From Nemertoderma westbladi (taxonomy: Eukaryota; Animalia; Xenacoelomorpha): a stretch of DNA of 41,648 nt. Location: NCBI GenBank assembly GCA_032718475.1, contig JAUCBJ010005003.1, forward strand, positions 1 through 41,648, in the 5' to 3' direction. The notes below the pieces were generated by a model, which was not told the DNA's origin, searched no databases, and saw only the letters and a program-made list of their open reading frames with translations. Below, piece by piece: positions 1 through 10,076 of the stretch; the first letter of the stretch is position 1, and the number at the start of each line of letters is the position of its first letter. Both the position numbers and the translations under genes were made by a program.

Positions 1-69
1 TGTACTGGTGGTGGGGAAACTGACTTGACTTGCCGGATAAGATTCTATAAATACTTTATTGTTATAACA

Positions 70-2991
70 TTATATATTATCTAGATAATATTTTTTTAAC
101 GTAGTAGCTAAGGATTTTCTGGACTTCAAATTTTTTATTTCCTGGGGTAGATCGTTCCATATTTTTGGGCCAGAGAATTTTATTGATTGTTGGGATATTT
201 GTAATCGGACACGGGGGATGAAAAATTTTTGAGTTAATGCCGAACGAGTATTATACCGATGGACTGCAGATATTGGTTTGAACATATTTATTAGTGCGTC
301 TGTTTTATTGCATTTTTTAACATCAAACATAAATTTCGCAACTTCCAGCTCAAATAGTTTATCTAGTGGCAAAACTTTTAAGGATTTATATATCGGGGGT
401 GCATGGGATTGGAAGTGGCTAAACGTTATTGCTCGGAGTATCTTATTTAATTTTATTTTAATTTTATTAGTGTAGGAATCGTAGCTGTTACCCCAAAGTA
501 TAATACCGTAAAGAATGTGTGGGTGTACGAGTGCAAAATATAGGGTTCTAAGTATATAAAGTGGTAGTATATGACGTAATTTATAGAAGATGCCGGTTAG
601 TTTCGAGATTTTTGACAAAATATATTTACAGTGAACCATCCAATTTACATGGTTATCGATGTAGACTCCTAAGAATTTAGTTGATGTTGTTTTCGTTAAT
701 GGTATAGAACGGATGTTGACTGTGGGAATTGTGGTAGTGGTGTTGTGATTGTCAAAGATGCTATATTCCCTTTTCTTTAAGTTTAAAGATAGTTTGTTGT
801 CTGTTAACCAGCTGTCTAGTTTCTGTAATTCCGTGTTAACTGTAGAAATAAGTGTGTTTGTATTTTTGTGGCAGAATAGTAGTGTAGTGTCATCCGCAAA
901 AAGTGTTGATATTAATTTTGTGCAGTTCGGTAAATCATTAATATAAATTAAAAATAGAAGCGGTGATAATATTCCACCCTGTGGGGTTCCACAGGGTGTA
1001 CCAGCGGAGTCTGAATTAATACCGTTAATATTAACTACTTGTGATCGGTTGTCAAGGAAACTGGCTAACAATTTAAGTGGGAGGCCGCGTATACCATAAC
1101 ATTCTAATTTTTGCAGTAATATGGAGTGATCTAAGGTATCGAATGCTTTCTTGAGATCTACTGAAACTAAGCAGGCGGAGCTCTGGTTGTCTAGTGTTTC
1201 CTGTATTTGTTCCGTAACTGTTAGTATAGCATCTGTAGTCGTTATATGTTTTCGGAATCCGTGTTGTGCAGGGGAAAGTAAATCGAACTTGTTTAGATAT
1301 GCCAGTAGTTGAGAGTTGATAACACGCTCGTATATTTTAGTGAAAAGCGGTAATATCGAAATGGGACGGTAATTATTTTTATCCGTGGGATCGCCAGTTT
1401 TAAAAACTGGGATTATTTTTGCAATTTTAAGTAAATCTGGAAAAAAACCATTTATGACGGATAATTTAATTAAATGAGTTAAGTGGGGGGCTATCGTATG
1501 AGCTGCTAATTTCACCAGGTAGACCGGAAATTCATCATATGTTGAAACGTGGTTGTCTATATCAAGTAAAAAATAGAGAATTTCGGTCTCACATGGTTCT
1601 ATTAAACAAAACGATTTGTAATTACAATTTTTTATGAAGCGTGTTGGATTTCTATTAGTTTTCGGAATTTGCTCAGCTAATTGGGGTCCAATGGTAGAGA
1701 AATGTTTGTTTAGAATATTTGCAATGGATCTACTGTCAGTGGTTACGTTTCCAGGTGAGCCGGTATTAATTTTAACAGGGGCAGATAGTTTTTTTGATCT
1801 ATGTAAAGCTACATTTATTGTTTGCCATGTTTTTTTACTGTTGTTTTTATGTTTATCGAATTCCAGCTCATAATAATTTTTTTCCGCAATACGAAGGGTT
1901 TTTGTTAATTGATTCCTATATGATTTGTACTCTGATAGTTTTGAGTCCGTAGGTTTTGACATTAGAGATGCATATAGTTTATTTTTTTTTATTACACATT
2001 TCACTAGACTATGCGTCATCCATGGTTTTTTTGGAATATATTTTTGTTTTGTTTCCTTTTTTGGCAAATGTTTTGAGCACAATGAGTCATAATCTTTATA
2101 AAAATTAGTAAATTTTTCTTTGTTTGGTATTGAGTCCATTTTATACGACCAATTGCTGGGATTTTGTAAATCAGAGATAAACCTTTCTTTGTTTAATTTA
2201 CTGTAATCATAAGTTAGTCGTTTTGTTTCAGTTGATGTCAAATAGCAATCGAAGTCATTAAATACAATAAAAGTTGCCAAGTGATCCGTGGTTCCCATTT
2301 CTGATAGAAATACTCCGGCTGAAACGAATTTGTCAGTAATGTTAGTACAAATGTGGTCGATCAAAGTTTTAGAGTACAGAGTAATTCTAGTCGGCTGTTT
2401 TATAACCTGTTGGAAGCCGTAAGTGTTTAGTGTATTGTAGTAGTTGTTTGTGGTGCTGTTCAGTTTCATAGTATTAATGTTTGTATCACCTGTAATTACA
2501 GTGTTTAGTTTAAGGTCCGTAATTTCATTAAGGAGTCTGTTGAGTTCATCGTTAAATTTAGATTCCGTGCAAGTATCCGGTCTGTATATAGTTCCTACTA
2601 GTAATGGTTTTCGGTTTGTAGTGTTAGCTCCGCCTGGTTTCAGTAGAACCCAAGATGATTCACAACCATCCAGTTTAAAGTCCTGTACTGTATATTGTAG
2701 ACCCTGTTTGACATATATAGCGGTTCCTCCCCTGTCTAGTCTACCGTATTTTCTGTTGTTTACTAGTGGACCGATGTAGCCGTCTAGTTTGACCATGGTG
2801 AGGTCTGTTTCGTCGGTGAGAAAAGTTTCAGTGAATGTTAATATGTCAAACTGATTGTTCATTAGGTCCAAGTGATTTGTAGTGTCTTGTAAGTTTTTTC
2901 GAAGACTTCTGCAGTTTAAATGAAATACAGATAAAGACTTTTTACCATTTTCCGGCTGTTCGAGAAGAGTATTGTACGAATCATGATCCAA
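70..2991 (-). CDS. LINE ORF2: APE endonuclease + reverse transcriptase (973 aa open; frame stays open up to ~3033)
   Basis: EN motifs HLNCRSL, TFTETFL, GTIYRP, ITGDTNIN, TLIDHI, TDH; RT motifs NYRPISILP, QHGFRK, DLKKAFD, GTPQGGILSPLLF, LFADDT, FLGVYID; CR1/L2-type C-terminus HRYNTR...GPKIWNDLP. Confidence 0.95.
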   Translation of the reverse strand: MDHDSYNTLLEQPENGKKSLSVFHLNCRSLRKNLQDTTNHLDLMNNQFDILTFTETFLTDETDLTMVKLDGYIGPLVNNRKYGRLDRGGTAIYVKQGLQYTVQDFKLDGCESSWVLLKPGGANTTNRKPLLVGTIYRPDTCTESKFNDELNRLLNEITDLKLNTVITGDTNINTMKLNSTTNNYYNTLNTYGFQQVIKQPTRITLYSKTLIDHICTNITDKFVSAGVFLSEMGTTDHLATFIVFNDFDCYLTSTETKRLTYDYSKLNKERFISDLQNPSNWSYKMDSIPNKEKFTNFYKDYDSLCSKHLPKKETKQKYIPKKPWMTHSLVKCVIKKNKLYASLMSKPTDSKLSEYKSYRNQLTKTLRIAEKNYYELEFDKHKNNSKKTWQTINVALHRSKKLSAPVKINTGSPGNVTTDSRSIANILNKHFSTIGPQLAEQIPKTNRNPTRFIKNCNYKSFCLIEPCETEILYFLLDIDNHVSTYDEFPVYLVKLAAHTIAPHLTHLIKLSVINGFFPDLLKIAKIIPVFKTGDPTDKNNYRPISILPLFTKIYERVINSQLLAYLNKFDLLSPAQHGFRKHITTTDAILTVTEQIQETLDNQSSACLVSVDLKKAFDTLDHSILLQKLECYGIRGLPLKLLASFLDNRSQVVNINGINSDSAGTPCGTPQGGILSPLLFLIYINDLPNCTKLISTLFADDTTLLFCHKNTNTLISTVNTELQKLDSWLTDNKLSLNLKKREYSIFDNHNTTTTIPTVNIRSIPLTKTTSTKFLGVYIDNHVNWMVHCKYILSKISKLTGIFYKLRHILPLYILRTLYFALVHPHILYGIILWGNSYDSYTNKIKIKLNKILRAITFSHFQSHAPPIYKSLKVLPLDKLFELEVAKFMFDVKKCNKTDALINMFKPISAVHRYNTRSALTQKFFIPRVRLQISQQSIKFSGPKIWNDLPQEIKNLKSRKSLATTLKKYYLDNI

Positions 2992-3033
2992 GTAGTCGGA
3001 GCTATTAATAGTGGAAATTACGTTTCTGTTGAG

Positions 3034-3341
3034 TTAAAATGGTTGTTTGTTGATGAAAAATCAGTCCTGTCAGTGCTATCGTCACCGGTAGAAAAAATAT
3101 CAGTATCAGTAGAGGGGGTGTTTGTAAAAGGGAACAGTTAGCAGTAGATACAGTAGGCTGAGATAGTAGACACGGACGAATCTAAAACGGGCAAGTCAAG
3201 GCAGGTCCCACACTGGTAATGGTATAAATTATTACATAACAAGCACTTAAGTGTGTAATCATTACAGCAAACTACCGAGTAACAGAACGCACAGGAAAGG
3301 GGAGTGGACGAGTTGCCTCGGGGAGGGGTAGATCTGGGCAT
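3034..3341 (-). pseudogene. Disrupted N-terminal PHD-finger segment of LINE ORF2
   Basis: CAFC..C..CLLC..YHYQC....CIYC (C4HC3 pattern), followed after the TAA at 3138-3140 by LFPF; a frameshift near 3034 separates it from the EN-RT frame. Confidence 0.75.
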
Positions 3342-3874
3342 AAAATATGCAGGTATGCAGCTTGGGATAGGCGGGGGAATAGGCCATAATAATTATTAAG
3401 ATAGCACATTGATAACAATTAGCGGGAAATTTGAAAATAAACTTACCCTCAACAATTCCATTGCACGGGATTGTAAAGGTTACTATACTTATTTTGCAAC
3501 ATAATGATATGCTAAATATACAATATTATTATGATATAATATTGATTGCTACTTAATGCTAATATACTGATATACTGAAGGTACCGGTATATAGTTTCCA
3601 ATAATAAGAAAATAGTCCGGATAGGCTATTTATCTAACAAAACACTAACCTAACTGGGCACTGGACATCTTCTATTAAAATAAAATATAATAGAAATATG
3701 AAGGATCGCCGTAAAGGGCGACCACATATCGTCACGATATATAATTTGAAGTCTGCAGTCTTGGTAGCGGTTCACAGTCTTACGATTAGGTTGAATCTTA
3801 CTCCATACGTTACTAACGAAGTTTAAATAATTGGCTCACAAATTACAAAGTACCGGTTAGGCCTAATTAATACC

Positions 3875-3948
3875 AAATAAACGAAAATAAATGTAAAATA
3901 GTCTATCTTCTAAATAAACGAAAATAAATGTAAAATAGTCTATCTTCT
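3875..3948. repeat. Perfect 37-bp tandem duplication in the LINE inter-ORF spacer
   Basis: aaataaacgaaaataaatgtaaaatagtctatcttct at 3875-3911 and 3912-3948. Confidence 0.95.
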
Positions 3949-4105
3949 GAACTTACTCAATGCTTACTACGGACAAAGTACAGCTGTATTACAGTATTTG
4001 GCCAAGGATACGGTAGGCCGGTAGGTTCTTGTTTTCTATCAACTTACAGACTTCGGTACTCCAACTTAATTATGGACAGTTCTGTAGTGTAGTTAGTCGC
4101 TTGAG

Positions 4106-4561
4106 TCATGTTATTCTAGGGGAGGAAACGAGTAGATACCGGAGTGTCCGGAGTCGAGCTGATCGAAGAGACATCAACATCAACAGTGGAGGTCTGCTTC
4201 TCCTTCGCAGTCTTCTTTCTCTTTGCAATGACTTTCTCGAGGTCCAGAGGTTGGATTCGGATACGATGCGGATCGCGTCGGAGGCTTCGGTAATTTTAAC
4301 GAATATTGCACCTCGGAACGTGTAGTAGACATAGATTTTGCGATTCATCTTTAGCTGGGAAACACGTTTGAGGAGAATGGAGCGACGTTTGGATAGGTGC
4401 TCGTAAATAGCCAGAGGATATTTCAGCTGCTTCCGTGCCCGGAGGATGGAAAGCTGACCGCTGTGCCCATAAAAACGTATAATAATGGGATGCGGGCGAA
4501 TGGAGTCGCGTTCGGTTTGGACGCTGCCGGGATCATCAGATTGGTGCGCATGCTCAGCCAT
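4106..4561 (-). pseudogene. C-terminal half of LINE ORF1 (L1-ORF1/Transposase_22-like RRM-CTD)
   Basis: RPHPIIIRF...ILRARKQLK..LAIYEHLSKRR..LL...YYTFRGAIFVK pattern typical of LINE ORF1 proteins; N-terminus lost by 5' truncation. Confidence 0.8.
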
Positions 4562-4659
4562 TGCTTGATGACTGTCGAAACGGTATTAAATTGTTTTTCT
4601 ACAATATTCAAATCTCTCATTTATTGTTTTAGTTACCCCATTTTTGAGGGATTTTGACT

Positions 4660-6031
4660 TTTAAAATTTATTTATAGTATATTACTCATAATTGTTCTGC
4701 ATGTACCCTATGACCAAAACCCCTTTGCCAACATGATAGACTGGTCAGCAGACACCTCCATTGCCATCAACTATTGATGTAGTTGAATTATTAATTTAAT
4801 TGTATTAATTATTATTGCCAATAAAATATAAATTAATTATACCATTTACTTTTTCATGACTAAATGATAATATCGATAACATTGCCAAAATACCTGGTAC
4901 CTTACGGTACTACCTACGACTACCTTAAGCTGGACTTGGGCCGGAGATACCTACCCTATAAGTTTTATCATCTGTGGGACGTTCTCTCACTACTTAAACA
5001 GCTTTACAACAGCTAGATTATTATCATTACCTTTGTCTAAATCACAAATTTATTATTAGTCAGTGCCAGCAAGTGTCACCCTGGAAGTGGTGCAAGGTAC
5101 ATCGCATTTGAGACTATTAATCTTAGAGTGTCTTTGATTAAAATCTACTTCAATATGATGTACTTATTGGTGTTTGTACAGTGATAATTTGGTGTGCATT
5201 GCGTGATGACGTGGAAAATTGGCTGTTGAAAAGGTATAAAATTTTTTCTCCATAATATTCAAATCTCTTATTTATTGATTTGGTTATAATACCCCACTGT
5301 TGAGGGATAAGCATTGTGCTCGAAGCTTGTGGGCTATATGTCTGTACAAAATGAATAAAGTGGTAGTGGAGTTTTATCCTGTAGTTGCGGATTAACTATA
5401 ATCCAGACTGTTTGGTTGAAAGGTTTACAATTTATATTAATATACTTAATTTTTCACCAGCTCATGATCAAGTATCATTTATTAATTTTAATTAATTCAC
5501 CATATTTTGCGTACATAAGTATGGGGGAAAGGCAGCCAATGAAATGTCATACCAGTTTTAATGGGGAAATCATGTCCAATAAATATATACGTATGATATA
5601 AAGTAGCAAAAGTAGGAAATTTTAGGAAATAATTCCTACAATGATTTCAGGGCGTCATGATTCCTACTCGTCATACCTAATGTGTTTGGTGTGGAGAGTG
5701 GACTGGCTTTAATTAATGGTATTCATTGCATTCTAAAACTTAGATACATATAAGAAGCAATAGCCTAACTTTATATTATTTGAAATTTTCAACTTTAGAA
5801 ACAAACATGCAAATAAATTTGACTAATGGGATTACATTAAAAAATAGAGGTATAATTTGGCTGCAGTGCATCCTGTCAGGCAGCGATCTGAAGCTGTTTT
5901 AACTTTAGGCCTGATACTGTATATATATAGATATACATACATTATCAATTGATTCATTATTAATACACAATCAGAGTTCAGATATTATTCGTGTTGCTAT
6001 CATCTTTCACTTACTTTGCTAAATTGTTATA
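4660..6031 (+). repeat. Upstream flank of transporter copy 1; paralogous to 10220-11817 and 22986-26674
   Basis: Long near-identical blocks in all three places (e.g. ggacttgggccggagatacctaccctataag); presumably contains promoter/5' UTR, not mappable from sequence alone. Confidence 0.9.
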
Positions 6032-6556
6032 ATGAAAGAAATCATAGTTCTATCAGATGTTGATGTTAGTGATGATTATAAATGTACAAGTAAACCTGAT
6101 GAAGATGTTCGTGATTCAACAATCATTTCAAGAAATAATTCCAGGAATATTTTATGGAGAATTATTAAGCATCGTCTTAGTAATACAATCCTTTTGGTTA
6201 TCCAAATTTTCAGTGCAGGAATGTGTTTCTCTCTGCCAGCTGCATTCTTTACTACCAGGGCCATAACTCGTGGCTTCAATGAATCTCTCGTTGGCATCCT
6301 GTTTGGTGTTTATGCTGGAATAAGGTGCCTTTCATTCATTGTTTTCGGAAATTTTATCCCAAATATTGGGGTTAAGGTTGTATTAATATCGGGATATATA
6401 TTGGCTGGTAGTTGTATGGCTTTATTTGGCATATTGGATTGGGGTCCACCTGGTGTATCTTACATTGTTCTTTGTTTCATTTGTCGTGTCATTGAAGCTT
6501 TTACCCTAGGTGGTGCCAACTTGGCTTGTTTGAGCTTGGCTGGCAGTTTGTATAAG
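6032..6556 (+). CDS. SLC18B1: SLC18B1-like MFS transporter copy 1 (type A), coding exon 1 (175 codons)
   Basis: Hydrophobic TM helices; FGILDWGPPG..Y..LCF.CR.IEA resembles SLC18B1 TM3-4; donor AAG|GTGAGT at 6556/6557, phase 0. Confidence 0.85.
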
Positions 6557-7051
6557 GTGAGTAATTAATCTGGAGTCATCAGACACTATTTATTTTATTG
6601 TTATATTATATATTATATTATATTTATAGTACATTTACAATTAAAAGTGTGATGTGTTCGTTGACCCAACCAAACCTCTCGAAATGTTGACTAATTTCGT
6701 ATTATCAATATAGTAATAATGACATTTGTCTGTTATAATAGCCAATTATTGTGATTCACATTACTTTTGAAAATGTACCATAAATCATTGTATTAGCTAT
6801 GCGACCCTAACCATACAATCGGGCCAGAGCATCCCGGTACTATGGGGTGAAGGTCAAACTGATCTCATATGAGTAGCAGCACAAAGGGGAATGTCAGTGT
6901 AACAATAATACATCAAAACCGACATATAAATAAATGAAGAGGGACATACATAAGTTCAAGACCGAAGTAAATAAATTCAAGGCCATTGATAATTTATCAA
7001 GAATTACAAATAGCTCAAAATTAATACATTATTATCTCTTGTTTCCCACAG

Positions 7052-7969
7052 AAAGAACAAATATTTGTTTTATCACTTCTTCACAATGCCTTCTTTGGAG
7101 GAACCATGTGCGGACCGGCCCTGGGAGGAATTATATACCAATACACCAACTTTGTTACTCCGTTTGTAATCCTTGGTGGAACAGAAGTAGTCATAGCATT
7201 GATAAACATAATCTCTCTCCCTGGCATCAAACCCAGCAAAATTGTCACTACAAAGACCATATTTGATTTACTCAAAGACAGGGTATGTTTATCTGCTTTT
7301 TCTATGTGGTTTGTAATGGTTATGGCTATGGGCTTCTATGAAACAACATTCGCTATTCATCTTGTGAATGTATATGATTTGTCTCCTGTAGAAGTTGGAT
7401 CAATGTTTCTAATAGCTCCACTCATAAACGTTTCAACAGGATTGGCATGGGGTGCATTTCTGGCCAGATATCAATCAATCAACACTTTGATAGTGATAAT
7501 TTTTTCCCATTTCGTTGGTATAGTAGGATTGTTACTGATGGGGCCATCACCTTTATTGAACTTACCAGATAGAATTAGCACTGTAATAGTTGGAACTGCT
7601 TTATTAGGATTTGGAATGTCAATGGCAACACCTTATATAGAAACGCTGCTTAAAATATACAAATACCGCCTTCAATGGCCACAAACTATCGGTAACCACA
7701 CAGTTGTGATGTCCGTTGCAACCAGCACAGGGGCTTGTGGTCTATTTATTGGTCCACTAGTTGCCGGGCCACTGGCTCAATATATCAAGTTCCCTTTAGC
7801 TGCTACAGTTTTCTGTGGATTCAGCATTCTTGTGATGATCCCGGCTATTGTATTGGTGCTTTATTATAAATATGTTGGGAGGGAAATATTTGCACCAGTT
7901 TTGACAGATGATGATGGGAGGCAACAAGTTGTGGAAGATGAAAAGGAGCCCCTTCTCGCTTCTCAGTGA
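7052..7969 (+). CDS. SLC18B1: SLC18B1-like MFS transporter copy 1 (type A), coding exon 2; spliced product 480 aa
   Basis: Acceptor ttgtttcccacag| at 7051; in frame with exon 1 (KEQIFVLSLLHNAFFGGTMCGPALGG); motifs GPALGG.IYQ...F.TPF, LLMGPSPLL, GLFIGPLVAG; C-terminal EKEPLL. Confidence 0.88.
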   Translation, partial: KEQIFVLSLLHNAFFGGTMCGPALGGIIYQYTNFVTPFVILGGTEVVIALINIISLPGIKPSKIVTTKTIFDLLKDRVCLSAFSMWFVMVMAMGFYETTFAIHLVNVYDLSPVEVGSMFLIAPLINVSTGLAWGAFLARYQSINTLIVIIFSHFVGIVGLLLMGPSPLLNLPDRISTVIVGTALLGFGMSMATPYIETLLKIYKYRLQWPQTIGNHTVVMSVATSTGACGLFIGPLVAGPLAQYIKFPLAATVFCGFSILVMIPAIVLVLYYKYVGREIFAPVLTDDDGRQQVVEDEKEPLLASQ

Positions 7970-8143
7970 ATAGAAGCTAATAAAAGCAACAAAAGATCTA
8001 TTCGGATGATAGAAGCTTATGAAACTGAACCTAACCGGGATGGTAGAAATATTGAAATATTGAATCTGAAACTCGAATCAGATATCTCCTCGAGTTTGAG
8101 AACCCAAAAATCGACAAATCACATTTGCAGCACTGCACTTTTC

Positions 8144-9692
8144 CCCAGGTAGCACAAATACGTAAATTTACGGTAAATTTACGTTCATTATTCGTCCAGA
8201 CGTTCTGGATTTATGTTCATATGACGTTGTATTTCTCCCATAAGATGCTATTGATGCTAAACGTTCAATAGTTCAAAGTTGGCCGTCAGAAGTACCGTAA
8301 TATGAACGGGCAATTGAACGTAAAAGAGACCACAGGCAATCTATGTTCAAATGACGTGTTCACTAGACGTTCATTTCTGGTGTGTTATAGGTCCATATTA
8401 TGTTGAATAAACGTAAAAATTTAACGTGAGACCAACCAATCACTGTTTGTTGGTGCATGTTCTGTGTAGAGAGGGGAGGGGGGGGGGGGGGGGGTTAGCC
8501 TACCTTATCCAATCCCTACACCCTATCCTACGGCCCTACACCTACAATACCCTATACATTTAGAGAAGGAAGCATCAGAGTATATATGAAATTATTTAAT
8601 CGATAGTGATATAAGAGTATCCATGATATATTATGGTGATGATCCACAAATTCACATTGGATTAGTTAGATTTCTGTATTTTATCTTATTTCCAGCCAAA
8701 ATAGATTATTCATATTGATGAATCTTAAAAAAATTAATTAATTTTATGACCTTATAATTGATATTTTAAATTTTGTATATATGCAATAAGGCAATAATAC
8801 ATACAAAAAGCAATTGAAACGTAAGAAAGGTTTATATAATATGATAAATTTGTAAAATAAAAAATAATGTTTTGCGATTAAAAAAATTACCCTACGCATG
8901 ATAGAAGTTTGAACATTCCAACGCCCATATATCCGATTTATCTCAACAAAATGTAATGGTATTTGGTCAGTTGGTATCAAAATAGACAAACTTTTGCGGT
9001 TTTCTTTGTTTGATATTTTCTTGGTTCAAAAGGCCTAATATATTCTAATAATTTTATTACAATTTTTCGTGACATAGTACTAGTGTATTAGCTTTAGTAA
9101 TCAGTAGAATCACCTTTGTCTAATTTTGATGTTATTTGTTGTTTAAAATGTTTAAAAATGCGTCAGCATTGTATTGGTTATCAATGTTTTGTTGTGTGAA
9201 TAATTTGTCGATTACTTAAAGTAATTGTTTTGTATTGAGAATGAACCATTAGTCCAGGTATAACTAAGCGGAACCACACCAACCATACAAGGAGTAGGCT
9301 AACCAACATAAAAAATAATTGCACAATAATAAATAGTCAGATAATTGTATCACGAACAAGTTTGAACATGCCGTTGACATAACAAGTTAAAGTAAATTAT
9401 GTTTGAACGTTCATAAACGTTCAAACAACGTACATATTTAGGTACAAAGAAATGAACGCATAACTGGACGCAATTTGAACGTTCAATATTCGTTTGTTTT
9501 GGTTCATATTCAATTTCTTTAAAGTTAGGACGTTAAATTACCTAATGTGAACGTCACAATTTGGTAAATTACTCACAACGTCAGCAATTTTTACCTATTT
9601 TGAACAATATTTCATTGATGTTCAGATTCGCATAAAAAAAGTACCAAATATGAACGTTCAATTTCTTTCGTGGACGTCCTGTGCTACCTGGG
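8144..9692. mobile_element. Non-autonomous DNA transposon, 13-bp TIR CCCAGGTAGCACA, 2-bp TSD (TC); EnSpm/CACTA-like
   Basis: TIRs at 8144-8156 and 9680-9692; TC at 8142-8143 and 9693-9694; empty site gcacttttc|tagta in paralogous flanks (~14737, ~29540); many subterminal (TG)AACGT(TCA) motifs; no transposase ORF. Confidence 0.85.
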
Positions 9693-9873
9693 TCTAGTAA
9701 ACAACTTCTTCGCTATGAAGAAGAAACTTAAAGGAATTACCATAAAATCTCCTCGCTTCTCTAGGGAACTAAGTAATTTTGTGCATTGTACTTTATACAC
9801 AATGGCCATGATATTTACTTTTTTACTACATAAGTATCTTGTATTTACGTAATTAACAAGCGCGAAATCGTGC

Positions 9874-9976
9874 AAAGGTCCACATCTACTAACGCATGAA
9901 CTGTTTCCTTGAGTGGCTTACTACCAAAGGTCCGCATCTACTAATGCATCAACTGTCTCCTTGAATGTCTTACTAC
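9874..9976. repeat. ~52-bp tandem duplication
   Basis: caaaggtcc(a/g)catctactaa(c/t)gcat(g/c)aactgt(t/c)tccttga..cttactac twice; single copy at ~22684. Confidence 0.8.
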
Positions 9977-10000
9977 TGATCTTACTACCAAAACAATTCA

Positions 10001-10076
10001 CCAGAAAGTGGTATTGAACTCGGTGCCTAGATAGAGATTCCAAGTCCAACGCTCTGGCAACTTCGTCACTGCGCCC
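10001..10076 (-). mobile_element. Degenerate tRNA-derived SINE head (paralog at 22760-22835)
   Basis: Reverse complement reads GGCGCAGTGACGAAGTTGCCAGAGCGTTGGACTTGGAATC...GAGTTCAATACC: A-box-like, anticodon-arm-like and B-box-like segments. Confidence 0.55.

Larger units (their letters stand above)
1..4575 (-). mobile_element. Non-LTR retrotransposon (CR1/L2/Crack-Daphne group), 5'-truncated within ORF1; 3' UTR runs off the window start
   Basis: ORF1 C-terminal fragment (4106-4561), long inter-ORF spacer, PHD fragment (3138-3341) and EN-RT ORF (70-2991) are collinear on the minus strand; host-like sequence resumes at ~4575. Confidence 0.9.

Noticed and set aside
278-2779. Short + strand ORFs opposite LINE ORF2, and similar antisense ORFs over the transporters and 20847-21329
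   Set aside because: These are shadow ORFs of real coding frames with no independent motifs
5090-5465. 5' UTR intron (caag|gtacat ... ttttcaccag|)
   Set aside because: Splice-like signals are conserved only because the whole flank is recently duplicated; transcript data are needed
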